A DNA stretch of 63,778 nucleotides, the filler included, from Octopus bimaculoides (Eukaryota): the NCBI RefSeq assembly GCF_001194135.2. It is 5 parts of 5 records of this genome, joined end to end, with 100 filler letters (N's around TTAATTAATTAA, not from the genome) between each part and the next. Parts side by side here need not be neighbours in the genome. Positions count along the whole stretch, not along the records: positions 30,632 to 51,150 come from NC_069010.1; 4 more parts are not named here. The stretch is one strand, 5' to 3'. Positions 38,211 to 50,347 of this stretch are shown here, one piece after another. The position numbers and the translations under genes were made by a program. The notes beneath the pieces are model-generated. The model was not told where the DNA came from, ran no database searches, and saw only the letters and a list, made by a program, of their open reading frames with translations. The stretch's first letter is position 1. Every line of letters begins with the position of its first letter.

Positions 38211-38754
38211 CTAAAAGGAAGCAGAGAAAGGAAAACATGACATCGGACATTGAATTTACACATCCAAGAGAGAGAGGTGAAAATAGAAAGAGAGAGGGAG
38301 ACAGAAAGGGAAGATAGAGAAAGGAAGAGAGAGAGTGTCAGAAAATGCACGAGTTAGTGATGATGTGACCACATACATACATACATACACGCAAGCACGT
38401 ACATGCTCTCATTTACGTAAGTACCTTTTTACAGCTAGGTGGACTGTGTACAGCAGTGATAGAGCATACAGATTACATGATATCTATTTAAGGCCAAGTG
38501 GACTGGGTACATGGTGATATGTGGCCAACTAGTTCAGGTGCTGCACTCATAATTGCAAGATTGTCGTTTCAATTCCCACACACCAGACAGCACATTGTGT
38601 TCTTGAGCAAAGCACTTCATTTCACATTGCACCAGTCAACTCAGCTGTAGTTGAGTAAGCCCTGCAACCAATTGGCATCCCATTCAGGGACAATGTTGTG
38701 ACCGTGGAAACCAGGTAACCAGCCCAAGGAATCCCAGGACTTGCAACAGTAATA

Positions 38755-39320
38755 TCTGTGCCATGTAAAAGTGCCCATGCTTGTGCCACACAAAAACACT
38801 GTGCCAATGCCACACAAAAACACTGTGCCAATTCCATGCAAAAAGTACCCATGCCGGTGCCATGTAAAGAGAACCCATTTCGGTATCACATAAAAAGCAC
38901 CGATGCCGGTGCCACGTAAAAAGCACCCATTCTGGTGCCACATAAAAACATGGATGCCGGTACCACGTAAAAAGCACCAATGCTGTGCCACGTAATCAGA
39001 ACCCATTCCGGTGCCACGTAAAGAGGACCCATTCCAGTGCCACATAAAAAGCACTAATGCCGGAGCCACGCAAACAGCATCAATGCCGGTGCCACGTAAA
39101 AAGCACATGTGCTTGTGCCACATATAAAGCACCCGTGCCAGTGGTATGATAAGAGCACCCATGTCAGTGCCACATATAAAGCTCCGGTCCAGTTCCGTGT
39201 AAAGGGAACCTGTGTCGATGTCACAAAAAGAGCCTCTCATGCTGGTGCTGGTGCCACGAAAAGAGCACCAATGCTGGTGCCATGTAAGGAGCACCGATGC
39301 TGGTGCCGCATAAAAAAAGC
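38755..39320. repeat. Degenerate ~18-27 bp tandem array, core GTGCCACGTAAAAAGCACC
   Basis: Roughly 20 visible units of the internal repeat of the RTE-tail family. Confidence 0.8.
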
Positions 39321-39492
39321 TGTAGAGGAAGTACATGGTTTTACCCAGCCAGTGAGAAAGGGAGACGAAGAGGAAGAGCTGGAGAGAGAGAGAGAGAGGG
39401 AGGAAGAAAGAGAAAGAGAGAGGAGGAGGAGGGAAAGAAACAAGTAAAAGCAAAAGCTGTTAAGATGGTGATGATGATAATGATGATGTTAC

Positions 39493-39592
39493 CTTAATAG
39501 CTGAGATCATCTGATATAAGTATAACCGTGAAATCGTTTCTGGAACTGCTCCTTTATTTCTCACTCGGTCAAACAGTTCACCACCTTCAATC
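39493..39592 (-). CDS. CHEK2: Chk2 exon 9
   Basis: tcccag|...|gtaaca; IEGGELFDRVRNKGAVPETISRLYLYQMISAIK; 100 nt. Confidence 0.96.
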
Positions 39593-39654
39593 CTGGGAAA
39601 ATACAATTTGGCAACAATTAACGATTGTATTATAAAGTTTCATTTTTCATTAGA

Positions 39655-39911
39655 GGAGGCGCAATGGCCCAGTGATTAGGGCAGCGGACTCGTGGTCATA
39701 GGATCGTGGTTTCGACTCCCAGACCGGGCGTTGTGAGAGTTTATTGAGCGAAAAACACCTAAAAGCTCCACGAGGCTCCGGCAGGAGATGGTGGCGAACC
39801 CTGCTGTACTCTTTCACCACAACTTTCTCTCACTCTTACTTCCTGTTTCTATTGTGCCTGTAATTCAAAGGGTCAACCTTGTCACACTCGGTGTCACGCT
39901 GAATATCCCTG
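39655..39911 (+). repeat. tRNA-derived SINE family D (second copy 40458-40795)
   Basis: ggaggcgcaatggcccagtg.ttagggcagcggactcg..gtcataggatcg.ggtttcga.tcccagacc head with A and B boxes, followed by a non-tRNA body. Confidence 0.85.
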
Positions 39912-40040
39912 TTGATCCATCCAACCAACATATATTACTAACGGAAATGGACATAAAATGATGATGATAATGATGAAAAAATTCTTTAATTTGGGGAAAT
40001 ATATGAAAGAATATCAAGAGAATGAGAGATTGGTACTTAC

Positions 40041-40105
40041 AGTTCAAGAACAATGTAAAGCGTATCTGGTACGTCTATGACTTCATTCACGCTAACAATA
40101 CATGG
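40041..40105 (-). CDS. CHEK2: Chk2 exon 8
   Basis: ttacag|...|gtaagt; PCIVSVNEVIDVPDTLYIVLE(L); phase 0 to 2. Confidence 0.95.
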
Positions 40106-41026
40106 CTGTAATTAGGCAACAAGACATTTGGCATGAAACAATATATTCAGACTTTGTAATATCAGTGTACATACACACACACACACANNNNNNNNNNNNN
40201 NNNNNNNNNNNNNNNNNNNNNNNNNNNNNNNNNNNNNNNNNNNNNNNNNNNNNNNNNNNNNNNNNNNNNNNNNNNNNNNNNNNNNNNNNNNNNNNNNNNN
40301 NNNNNNNNNNNNNNNNNNNNNNNNNNNNNNNNNNNNNNNNNNNNNNNNNNNNNNNNNNNNNNNNNNNNNNNNNNNNNNNNNNNNNNNNNNNNNNNNNNNN
40401 NNNNNNNNNNNNNNNNNNNNNNNNNNNNNNNNNNNNNATATATATACTTTAGTAATGTGGAGGCACAATGACCCAGAGGTTAGGGCAGCGGACTCGCGGT
40501 CATAGGATCGCGGTTTCGATTCCCAGACCAGGCGTTGTGAATGTTTATTGAGCGAAAACACCTAAAAGTTCCACGAGACTCCGGCAGGGGATGGTGGTGA
40601 ACCCTGCTGTACTCTTTCACCACAACTTTCTCTCACTCTTTCTTCCTGTTTCTGTTGTGCCTGTAATTCAAAGGGTCAGCCTTGTCACACTGTGTCATGC
40701 TGAATATCCCCGAGAACTATGTTAAGGGTACACGTGTCTGTGGAATGCTCAGCCACTTGCATGTTAATTTCACAAGCAGACTGTTCCATTGATCTCGTTT
40801 GTCAGACAGTTTTGGTTGAGAATGGAACTAAAATAAGGTTATATTTATAAATATACAATTACGTTGAACTCACTACCTCATGATTGTGAGCCCGACGCTC
40901 TAACTACTGAGGCATAACACATGCATTAACATACATTACAAGAAAAAAATTTTTTTATGAAATATAATTTAATTAGCGGTAATAGCATGGCAATTAATAC
41001 AAACTAGAAGCTGATCAAATACTTAC

Positions 41027-41080
41027 ATGGTTAAGAGACTGTAGAATTTTGGCTTCACCTAAAGCTTTCACACCATCATT
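41027..41080 (-). CDS. CHEK2: Chk2 exon 7 (alphaC helix)
   Basis: ttccag|...|gtaagt; NDGVKALGEAKILQSLNH; 54 nt. Confidence 0.93.
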
Positions 41081-42081
41081 CTGGAAGGGAGTAGAAAAAA
41101 GGAGTTTTTTAATCCTTTATTGACATATCTCAATAGAAAATAGTTTCAAAAATGACATTCCTCCCCAAAAAAGACAAAAAAAAAAAACAGATGGGGATAA
41201 AACTGCTTTTCACAATTAAAGATAATAAATTTTGAGCGGATATACCTGATTTCTGCAGTAAAGTGGTTAATATTTCTATAAAACATCCTAGATATGAATG
41301 GAATTACAATAGAAGACCAAAACTTCCAAGAGGCTCCCTCACTGGTTTGTGTAAGTAGCAGTTAAGTACTGGAGTGGATTTAATCATTATATGCTATACA
41401 GTCCGTGATTTTTGCCATTGCTGTGCAAGGTGACTTTTTTGAAAGAGATCATCATCATCGTTTAACGTCCGCCTTCCATGCTAGCATGGGTTGGACGATT
41501 TGACTGAGGACTGGTGAAACCGGATGGCAACACCAGGCTCCAATCTAATTTGGCAGAGTTTCTACAGCTGGATGCCCTTCCTAACGCCAACCACTCAGAG
41601 TGTGTAGTGGGTGCTTTTACGTGTCACCCGCATGAAAACGGCCACGCTCGAAATGGTGTCTTTTATGTGCTACCCACACAAGAGCCAGTCCAGGGGCACT
41701 GGCAACGATCTCGCTCGAAAACCCTACAAAGGCCAGTCAGGCGGTATGATGTTAAATTTTAGGTAAACAAGTTACTTTTTGGAGTAAAGATTATTCGCCA
41801 GCAGAACATGGCAGCCCTGGTTTAGGATGAATGTTGTTGTAATTTAGTCCCAGGAGACGTGTTATGTTGGCAAATAATCTTTACTCCAAAGTAATGTTGC
41901 TGAATGCTTCACATTACAAATAGTAATTTTCCTAAGTTATTTTTTATTCAAAGATAACTAGTCTGGGAGACTTTTGATAGCACCATGTGAAAAAAAGAAA
42001 GAAAAAAAAAAACAAACTGTACCACACTGCCTGAAGTAAGAAATAATGTACCAAACCAACCAAAGTAAAGTAAGTACTTAC

Positions 42082-42190
42082 TATTTGGGTGCAACCACCA
42101 GTAGAGAATCTCTTTTTTGAGATTACTTTTATCGCATATTTATCACAGGTTCCCTTTGAAAATCCCAGCTTCACCTCACCATATGCACCT
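42082..42190 (-). CDS. CHEK2: Chk2 exon 6 (Gly-rich loop, catalytic Lys)
   Basis: ttccag|...|gtaagt; GAYGEVKLGFSKGTCDKYAIKVISKKRFSTGGCTQI; 109 nt. Confidence 0.96.
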
Positions 42191-42700
42191 CTGGAATATC
42201 AAAGAGAGGGAGATGAATTTATATTGAAATACACAGGGTGACTGAAAAGTAACTTCCTATTTTAAAATACTTATAAATTATTTATTAATTGTAATGTTTA
42301 CAAAACAATGGATATGAGGTTTTATTTAAAATTTGATTTGGGCTCCAGATGTCGCCACCAGCTTCTTGAGTCACCTAGGAATTGCGTCGACTGATTTCAC
42401 CAAGATGCTGTGCAGTGGGACTGAACACAGAACCTTGCAGTGGCAAAGCTAGCTTCTTAACCACACATCCATGACTGTAAATACACACACACACACACAC
42501 ATGACAGGCTTCTTTCAGTTTCCATCTACCAAATCCACTCACAAAGCTTTGGTCAGCCCAGGGCCATAGTAGAAGACACTTGCCCAAGGTGCCACGCAGT
42601 GGGACTGAACCCCAAAAAATGCGTTTGCAAAATGAATCTCGTAACCACACAGCCATGCCTACACCAATCCTTTACAACAAACGAAGGAACAAATACTTAC

Positions 42701-42788
42701 TTTCCCAATAGCTTTGTAATGGTGTATTTGTCAGTGAGCTGTGGATGTAATCCTTCATTAATACTTTCCATGTGGGTATACAGGTAGA
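42701..42788 (-). CDS. CHEK2: Chk2 exon 5 (FHA-kinase linker)
   Basis: caccag|...|gtaagt; (V)YLYTHMESINEGLHPQLTDKYTITKLLG(K); phases 1 to 2 fit both neighbours. Absent from the ORF track. Confidence 0.9.
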
Positions 42789-43452
42789 CTGGTGAGAAGG
42801 GAGAGAAAAAAAAGTCAAGAACTTACAATGGAAATAATAATAATAATAATGATGATAATGATAATAATAATAATCCTTTCTACTATAGGCACAATACCTC
42901 AAAAGTACCAGTGAAGTACCGCTGGGGTCAGTGTTTCCCTGGTACTTTTTTTTCATCGACCCCAGTGCTTCACTGGTACTTTTTTCATCGACCCCGAAAG
43001 GATGCAAGGCAAAGTTGACCCCAGCAGAATTTGAACTCAGAATATAAGTATCGATGAAATGTCACTAAGCATTTTGCCCAGCATGCTAACGATTCTGCCA
43101 GCTCGCTACCTTAATAATAATAATAATAACAACAACAACAACAACAACAATATAATAATAAAAATAATAATAATAATAGTCAAGACGAAGAGCGCACTCA
43201 TTGTCTTGACTATTTACCTTCGTGAAGAGTTACGTCGATCCTTTTTAAAAAAAATAATTTTAAAAAAAAGCAAAAAAAAGCAAACACATAATTTTCTTAT
43301 GGTTTCTTAAACATTCACTTGAACAAAACTGTACAAATCCAAATATATGGTACCCTAGGCATAACACCTACACGAATTTCTAACTTGTTGTCTCTTGAGG
43401 TCTCTGGGTGAGACTTGGATCCAGCTGGTACAAATGCAAAACAAAAGTCAAA

Positions 43453-43513
<61 letters not shown>

Positions 43514-43943
43514 CCTACTTGTTGCAGCTGATGCAGTATCAGGCAGTAGTTTTCATGGCTTCTGATCTTACCTGATTGAAAGTGTTAACATGTCCATGCT
43601 TTGTCTTGGCATAAAAAGATGGGCTACAGCAGATATTCTGCTTAATACCACAGATTTACTTAGCCAGTTGAGCATGTCCCTTAGTAGCTGACAACATGTG
43701 CATCTCTGATCATGAGCAAGAGTAGCGGGGGAGCATCATAACCATGTGTTGAGCAGGATTCTTTGAAGGTTGGATAATGTGTGTGTGTGTGTGTGTGTGT
43801 GAGTGTCTTAATCACATAGCTCTGACCAGTCCAGTACTTCACAGATACTTCATCTCATTGACCTGCATCAGAAGGAAACCAGGTGAAGCTGAACTGATAA
43901 GCAGAGCGTAAGAAAAGAAAGTAAACCATGAGCTTTCCCTTAC

Positions 43944-44009
43944 CTTTATTCTGTTTAAATGCCAAAGAGATTTCATCATTATTATTGAGAACCTGTTTGT
44001 TGCCCTTTC
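43944..44009 (-). CDS. CHEK2: Chk2 exon 4 (FHA end)
   Basis: ctccag|...|gtaagg; (G)KGNKQVLNNNDEISLAFKQNK, compare human GKRRPLNNNSEIALS; phase 1 to 1. Confidence 0.93.
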
Positions 44010-44831
44010 CTGGAGAAGATAAAACACGATTCTCATCACCAACATCATTAACAGTATCACAGTTAGTACAATAACAATAACTTGTGGGACCTGTGAAAAT
44101 CCTACACAATGAAAAAGATTAAGAAAAGCTATTTAAGAAAGAAAGGATGATTTTTATTTTCATTTTGCTATGTTATTTCACCCCCAGTCACCATAATATA
44201 TGATTTTTAAATTTCTCTCTGCTAAGCACTTTAAATTTCTCTCTCTTTCTCTCGACCTCGTCAAACTATTTAACCATGTAATTCCCCTCTTCTTCATGTT
44301 TTTAACATTTCTCTCTTTCTCTTCACCTCTCACTTCCACTATCTCTCTCTTAATGTAACTGCCCATTTCTCTCTATCTGCTTTCCTTTATCTTCACCACC
44401 AGAACATCACCCTCGGCTAAATATTGTATCCTAAACATATCTCTTTCTCTTTACCTTTCCCTCTCCACCCTACATGTCATTAACATTTCTCTCTCTCCCT
44501 CTTTTCTCTGACTTTTTCTCTCGCTCTTCACCTCTCCCTTCAACTAACCATGTGATGCAATTGGCCTTATATTTCTTGCTCTACTTCTTCCTCACTTTTT
44601 TCTTCTGTAAACCGAGTGCATTTTACAGCTGGATTCCCTTCCAAGTCACCAAGCAGCTTGCAAGACAATGAGTTTTTGAGAGGGAAAAGGGCATTGGAGG
44701 AGATAACCGTGGGTCAGATGATGAAAGGTTAGAGTGTGACAGAGAAACAGAGGCAGAAACAGGTGTTTTCCTATAGAGGGGCTTTATTTGCTTCAAGATT
44801 CACTGTTCCAAAAAAAAAAAAAATGACTTAC

Positions 44832-44910
44832 CAACTTTTTCAGAATTAATGAAAGTTCCGTTGGTGCTCTTGTCCTCCAAAAATACATGGAGGCCTGAAC
44901 TGGTCTGTTC
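44832..44910 (-). CDS. CHEK2: Chk2 exon 3 (FHA)
   Basis: caccag|...|gtaagt; EQTSSGLHVFLEDKSTNGTFINSEKV+G, FHA motif EDxSxNGTF; phase 0 to 1. Confidence 0.95.
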
Positions 44911-45575
44911 CTGGTGAAGAGAGAAAAAGAGAGACACTATACTGGTGAACGAGGAGAGAGAAAGAGAGAGAGAGAGGATCAAAGAGAGAATTAAAAAACC
45001 AGAGAGATGGGGAGGGAGAATAAATAAGAGGAAAGATGAAAAGATAGAGAGAAAAGTGTAGAAGGACGAAAGCCAAAGCTGACCCTGACAAGATTTGAAC
45101 TCAATGAAAGAGCCAAGAGTAAAAAAACGCAAAGAATTTTGTCAGACAAAAGATTTTGCCAGTCAATAGTCCTGTTTTCAGTAACATCATCATTTAACGC
45201 CCATTTTCCATGCTGGCATGGTACCAGTTACACACTGGGGTCGATATAATCGACTTAATCCGTTTGTCTGTCCTTGTTTGTCCCCTCTGTATTTAGCCCC
45301 TTGTGGGCAATAAAGAAATAAGAAACGTTAGCACGCAGGGCGAAATGCTTAGCAGTGTTTCGTCTGTCTTTACGTTCTGAGTTCAAATTCCACCAAGGTT
45401 GACTTTGCCTTACGTCCTTNNNNNNNNNNNNNNNNNNATAAAATAAGTCCCAGTTGAGTACTGGGGTCAATGTAACCAGCTTAGGCCCTCACCCAAGATT
45501 GCTGGCCTTGTGCCAAAATTTGAAATAATAATTATTATTATTATTATAATTTCTTTAATATTGTAAATTACTTAC

Positions 45576-45694
45576 TGAATATATCTTAAAATGCTGTTTA
45601 CTGTATGCTTGGAAATTGTCCTTACACAGTTTCTCATTGAATGGAATGTCGCAGGCAGTGTCTCGACCAAAAGTGTAGCTATCATCAGAGAAAT
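45576..45694 (-). CDS. CHEK2: Chk2 exon 2 (FHA)
   Basis: tttacag|...|gtaagt; (D)FSDDSYTFGRDTACDIPFNEKLCKDNFQAYSKQHFKIYS, with FHA motifs FGR and YSKxHF; phase 1 to 0. Confidence 0.95.
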
Positions 45695-46390
45695 CTGTAA
45701 ATGCAAAGGAGAAGAATATCCAATAAGAATAACATTTCACAAGTGCTTTGGCTTGACTGCAAAGAGCTCTGACTATTTTGATATCATCGTTTAACGTCCG
45801 CCTTCCATGCTAGCATGGGTTGGACGATTTGACTGAGGACTGGTGAAACCGGATGGCAACACCAGGCTCCAATCTAATTTGGCAGAGTTTCTACAGCTGG
45901 ATGCCCTTCCTAAAGCCAACCACTCAGAGAGTGTAGTGGGTGATTTTACGTGTCACCCGCACGAAGGCCAGTCAGGCGGTACTGGCATNNNNNNNNNNNN
46001 NNNNNNNNNNNNNNNNNNNNNNNNNNNNNNNNNNNNNNNNNNNNNNNNNNNNNNNNNNNNNNNNNNNNNNNNNNNNNNNNNNNNNNNNNNNNNNNNNNNT
46101 ATATATATATATATATGTCTGTACGTATTGTCGTCGTCATTTAACGTCCGCTTTCCATGCTAGTATGGGTTGGACGATTTGACTGAGGACTGGTGAAACC
46201 AGATGGCTACACCAGGCTCCAATCTGATTTGGCAGTGTTTCTACAGCTGGATGCCCTTCCTAAAGCCAACCACTCAGAGAGTGTAGTGGGTGATTTTACG
46301 TGTCACCCGCACGAAGGCCAGTCAGGCGGTACTGGCATATCAATCTGAATAAGACAGGATGCACAAAGTTCTTTCCTAAATTATGCCTGT

Positions 46391-46856
46391 TTAACTTTTT
46401 AGCATTCAACTTACACTAGCAAATGTAATAATCACATCATTTTGAATTTATCATTCATTAATCTTGTAGCTTTGAGATTTCATTGACCACCTTCCTGGCA
46501 CATGTAAAGACATTCGAGCGAAATCGTTGCCAGTACCGCTGGACTGGCTCCTGTGCAGGTGGCACGTAAAATACACCATTTCGAGCGTGGCCATTGGCAG
46601 TACCACCTGACTGGCCCTCGTGCAGGTGGCACGTAAAAGCACCCACTACACTCTCGGAGTGGTTGGCGTTAGGAAGGGCATCCAGCTGTAGAAACTCTGC
46701 CAAATCAGATTGGAGCCTGGTGTTGCCATCCGGTTTCACCAGTCTTCAGTCAAATCGTCCAACCCATGCTAGCATGGAAAGCGGACGTTAAACGATGATG
46801 ATGATGATGATGATGATTTGGGCCAGATATGGCTGGGCTGAATACTAAAAGGTTAA
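46391..46856. mobile_element. piggyBac-like MITE interrupted by an RTE-tail repeat (46490-46817)
   Basis: ttaactttttagcattc left end, aatactaaaaggttaa right end; MITE body resumes after the (gat)n tail. Confidence 0.75.
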
Positions 46857-47399
46857 TTAAAACTTTCCAACAAATACATGAGTGATTATCTCATCATAAT
46901 CATCATCATCAGTTGATGTCCATCTACCATGTAAGCATGGGCAGGATGGTTGAGAGGAGCCAACCAAACTACCCTAGGCTACTGCGTCAGATTTGGCAGG
47001 GATTTAACGATTCAGCAAAACGTGATTTAACGATTCAGCAAAAATGACTGAGAGAAAAAGTATCAGGCTTTAAAATAGATATGTACTGAGATCGATTCTT
47101 TCGACCAAAAATCCGCCAACACAGTACCCCAGCATGGCCGAAACAAATAAGGTATATATATATATAAATATATAGATATAGATACACACACAACAGGCTT
47201 CATTCAGTTTCCGTCTACCAAATCTACTCACAAGGACTATTGGAAGACACTTGTCCACGGTACCACAATCGGGACTGAACCTAAAACCATGTGGTTGCAA
47301 ATTCAGCTTCTTGGTCCCACTGCCATGCTGTTCTACATATAAGTAACATACCACTATATTTCTATTTAAACATATCCTTATAATCCGAATTATTTTCAT

Positions 47400-49184
47400 T
47401 TGAGTTTGTTTTGTTCTAAGCCCGATCTGGGGTTTTCTTGAAAATCTCATTAGCAGCCCTGGTCATCAGGCGGTTAAAAGCAATGATAAACTCCGTTTTA
47501 TTGGGCTCAATAAGTTCGAGACAGACTCTAATAAAATTCCAGAGCTATATTTGTTTGCTGAGAGCAGGAAATGAATATAAGCAAAGTGTGTTAGCGAAAG
47601 ATATATAGTTAATAACAAAAGTATTTTCTAATTGTTGGCGGAATTATTCAAGTAATGCCGAGTCTATATCGTTATTTACAACTACAAAATAAGAATTAAT
47701 CTTCAGAGTACTAAATGAGAACAGTACATCACATGTATTTTACGATCCAAAAATGATGAAAGCTAAAGTGAAGATGCAATCTTCCATATTCTATGTTTCA
47801 AAAACAAAATAAATCATAAAAGCAGTCACAAGTACAACAAAACAGCAACACAATCGTCGGTATATTTTCGGAGTTTCAGAAACCAATAATGCTTCAAACC
47901 TATATAATTTAATTTAATGTATATTCTAAAATAATTCAAACATGCTTTTCGAGTTGTCAAACTGTTCTTGTTTGGACGACAAACCAATTCATTCTATCCA
48001 TTTCTACAGAAGATGCGAGTTCGTATTCCACGATTAACCTTCAACTTTTTCGATCCAAAATGCTTTTAATACAACATTTTACACGGTATTATTCATAGCT
48101 TTACTTCAAGATCCACCATTCCAAAAGAGAATATAGATTTTATATTTTAAAAAGCCCTCATTAAATACACATATTTACAAAAATTTAATGACGTTCGCTT
48201 GTATTTTATGTTTTGTTTATATTTTCATCGGTTTTCTTCCGTGATATAAACAATTGCTGGGGGTCGGGATTTGAGCGTAAACGACCCTAATCAAATATCG
48301 CAAAGCTTCATCGATCGTGTTAATTCACTTATGCAATCGGTCCGCCTTTTAATATCGATCAATAAACCATGTGTTTGGATGGGGAGTCATATGATGACAA
48401 AAAACAACAACAACGAAAAAACAAACAAACAAACGGCATTCAATCTTGACAAGTCTGAGATTCAAAACGATTGATTGCCCCCCCCCCCAAAAAAAAACCC
48501 TTTGAAAACAGGATACAGTTACAATAAGTGTAGACCAATATAATAATAAAAGAAACTTTGTAAGGAGTTTTGATTTTTGTTGGGGGGTTTTTCTCGATCT
48601 AAATATGGGTTTTACTCGATCTAAACTACAAGAAATTTGCTTTCAATAAAACAATATAACGTTTATAAGCTAAATAAATAAGACTGCTACATGCTTAAAA
48701 CAACAAACAGAAATAACCACCAATTGTACATCACTGACTGTTGCAGCAACAAGCACCATGCTTTACGTTACTGTCGTAATCTAGGTGCCCCCAATTAGTG
48801 GCGGTCTAAACTAAGTGTCAGCCCTTCTACTCTTGACCCAGCAGTGTATACAAAACGGAACAGTTATAGGAAGGAAGAGCTTTGTTTATCGACCCCAGAA
48901 GCAGGATCATCTAAGCAGCATTATTAGGCCCCCGGATAAAATCAATGCACGGGGTTTGCAGTATTTACTTATTGACAGCAAACCACAGCATACTTAGATC
49001 GGAATAGGGGGCCCCCTAGATCTATGAGGCCCCGAGGTAATCACTCTGTGTACCCATGCTTTTAAGGACAGCATTGCCCAGAAGAAAAGTTAAACTCGGA
49101 ACATAGAGCAGGAGCAAATACGGTATGGTACACACACACCACACCACAAATATTTATCTGTGCATGAGTGTGTGTATGTATATG

Positions 49185-49255
<71 letters not shown>

Positions 49256-49950
49256 TGTGTTTCAACTGTGCTGAAATTGATTATAGTCAAATGGGATGGC
49301 TATTGAGAATCATAACATTGAAGAATGACAAGGCAATCAAACATTTCCTCTAGGCGAGGGACTTTTAAAACAAATAAACAGGCGCGAATAATCCTAACAA
49401 AATCACAACATTTACGATGTGCTGAAGAAATAAAAGCTAACATTAAAAAACAATTATTATTGGAGTTTTAAAATGAGGAACATCCATCATTCATTTTTTT
49501 GTTTTGTTTTTTTTGAAGTTGCTTATTGTAATAAAACTGATAAAAACCTACCAATGGTTTCAAAGCCCTTTTTCAAGGAAAACATGCGACCCCAAATCTT
49601 AGGTTCCATCTCATCGTCAACATCATCGCCTTCTGACATAACACATTCAGGTATTTCTTGGGTGGCTAGAGACGCCATGCTTGCCAAGTGCGAGGTGTGA
49701 GTCGCAGTGAGAGGCAGGGAATGTGTGGTGGTGGCTGTATGTATAGTCGATAGAGAGAGGGAAAGAAGGGGAGGGGAAACTCTAACTTCATAAAATAAAT
49801 TAGTTGGGGTAGACTGTCTCCTTTGGTGGCCGATCAATGATTTCTGAGCGATATCTTGGTGAACAAAACTGTGTAGATTGGCTGTATACGTGCTACCCAT
49901 CATACATTAGGCCTCTGACTCACTAATGTAGAGTTCCAACGAATTAAAAA
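47400..49950 (-). promoter_or_regulatory. Probable CHEK2 promoter-proximal, CpG-retaining region
   Basis: Non-repeat sequence visibly richer in CpG (tcgatcgtg, aatcgtcggt, gcaatcggtccgcc) than other unique intronic DNA; surrounds the ATG exon. Not quantified. Confidence 0.45.
49552..49678 (-). CDS. CHEK2: Chk2 coding exon 1 (ATG, single TQ site, start of FHA)
   Basis: MASLATQEIPECVMSEGDDVDDEMEPKIWGRMFSLKKGFETI+G, donor GTAGGT. Resembles human STQEL...PWARLWALQDGFANL. The ATG is the most plausible start, but an upstream exon cannot be excluded. Confidence 0.85.
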
Positions 49951-50064
49951 AAGAAATATGTATTCTAATTTATGTATTAAGTTTGGTTATCGTATTCGTA
50001 CTACTAAACGGCTATAAATATATATATATATATATATATACACAGACTATATATATATAGAGAG

Positions 50065-50098
<34 letters not shown>

Positions 50099-50296
50099 CT
50101 GTATATATACTCTTTTACTTGTTTTAGTCTGTGATTGTGGCCATGCTGGAGCACCGCCTTTAGTCGAGCAAATCGACCCCCAGGACTTATTCTTTGTAAG
50201 CCGAGTACTTATTCTATCGGTTGCTCGTGCCGAACCGCTACGTTACGGGGACGTAAACACAACAGCATCGGTTGTCAAGCGATGTTGGGGGGACAA

Positions 50297-50347
<51 letters not shown>

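Noticed and set aside
38755-39320. CRISPR-like repeat-spacer array
   Set aside because: Degenerate tandem units without unique spacers, in a eukaryotic intron, with no cas genes.
39655-39730. tRNA genes (also at 17053, 40458, 4819)
   Set aside because: tRNA-like A/B boxes run into SINE bodies, with no complete cloverleaf evident.
43315-43512. Candidate CHEK2 linker exon
   Set aside because: No similarity and an in-frame stop after the acceptor; the true exon is 42701-42788.
43546-43600. U2 snRNA-like words (gatcttaac/ctgat)
   Set aside because: Only short scattered matches, and the region is part of a dispersed repeat also seen near 37850.
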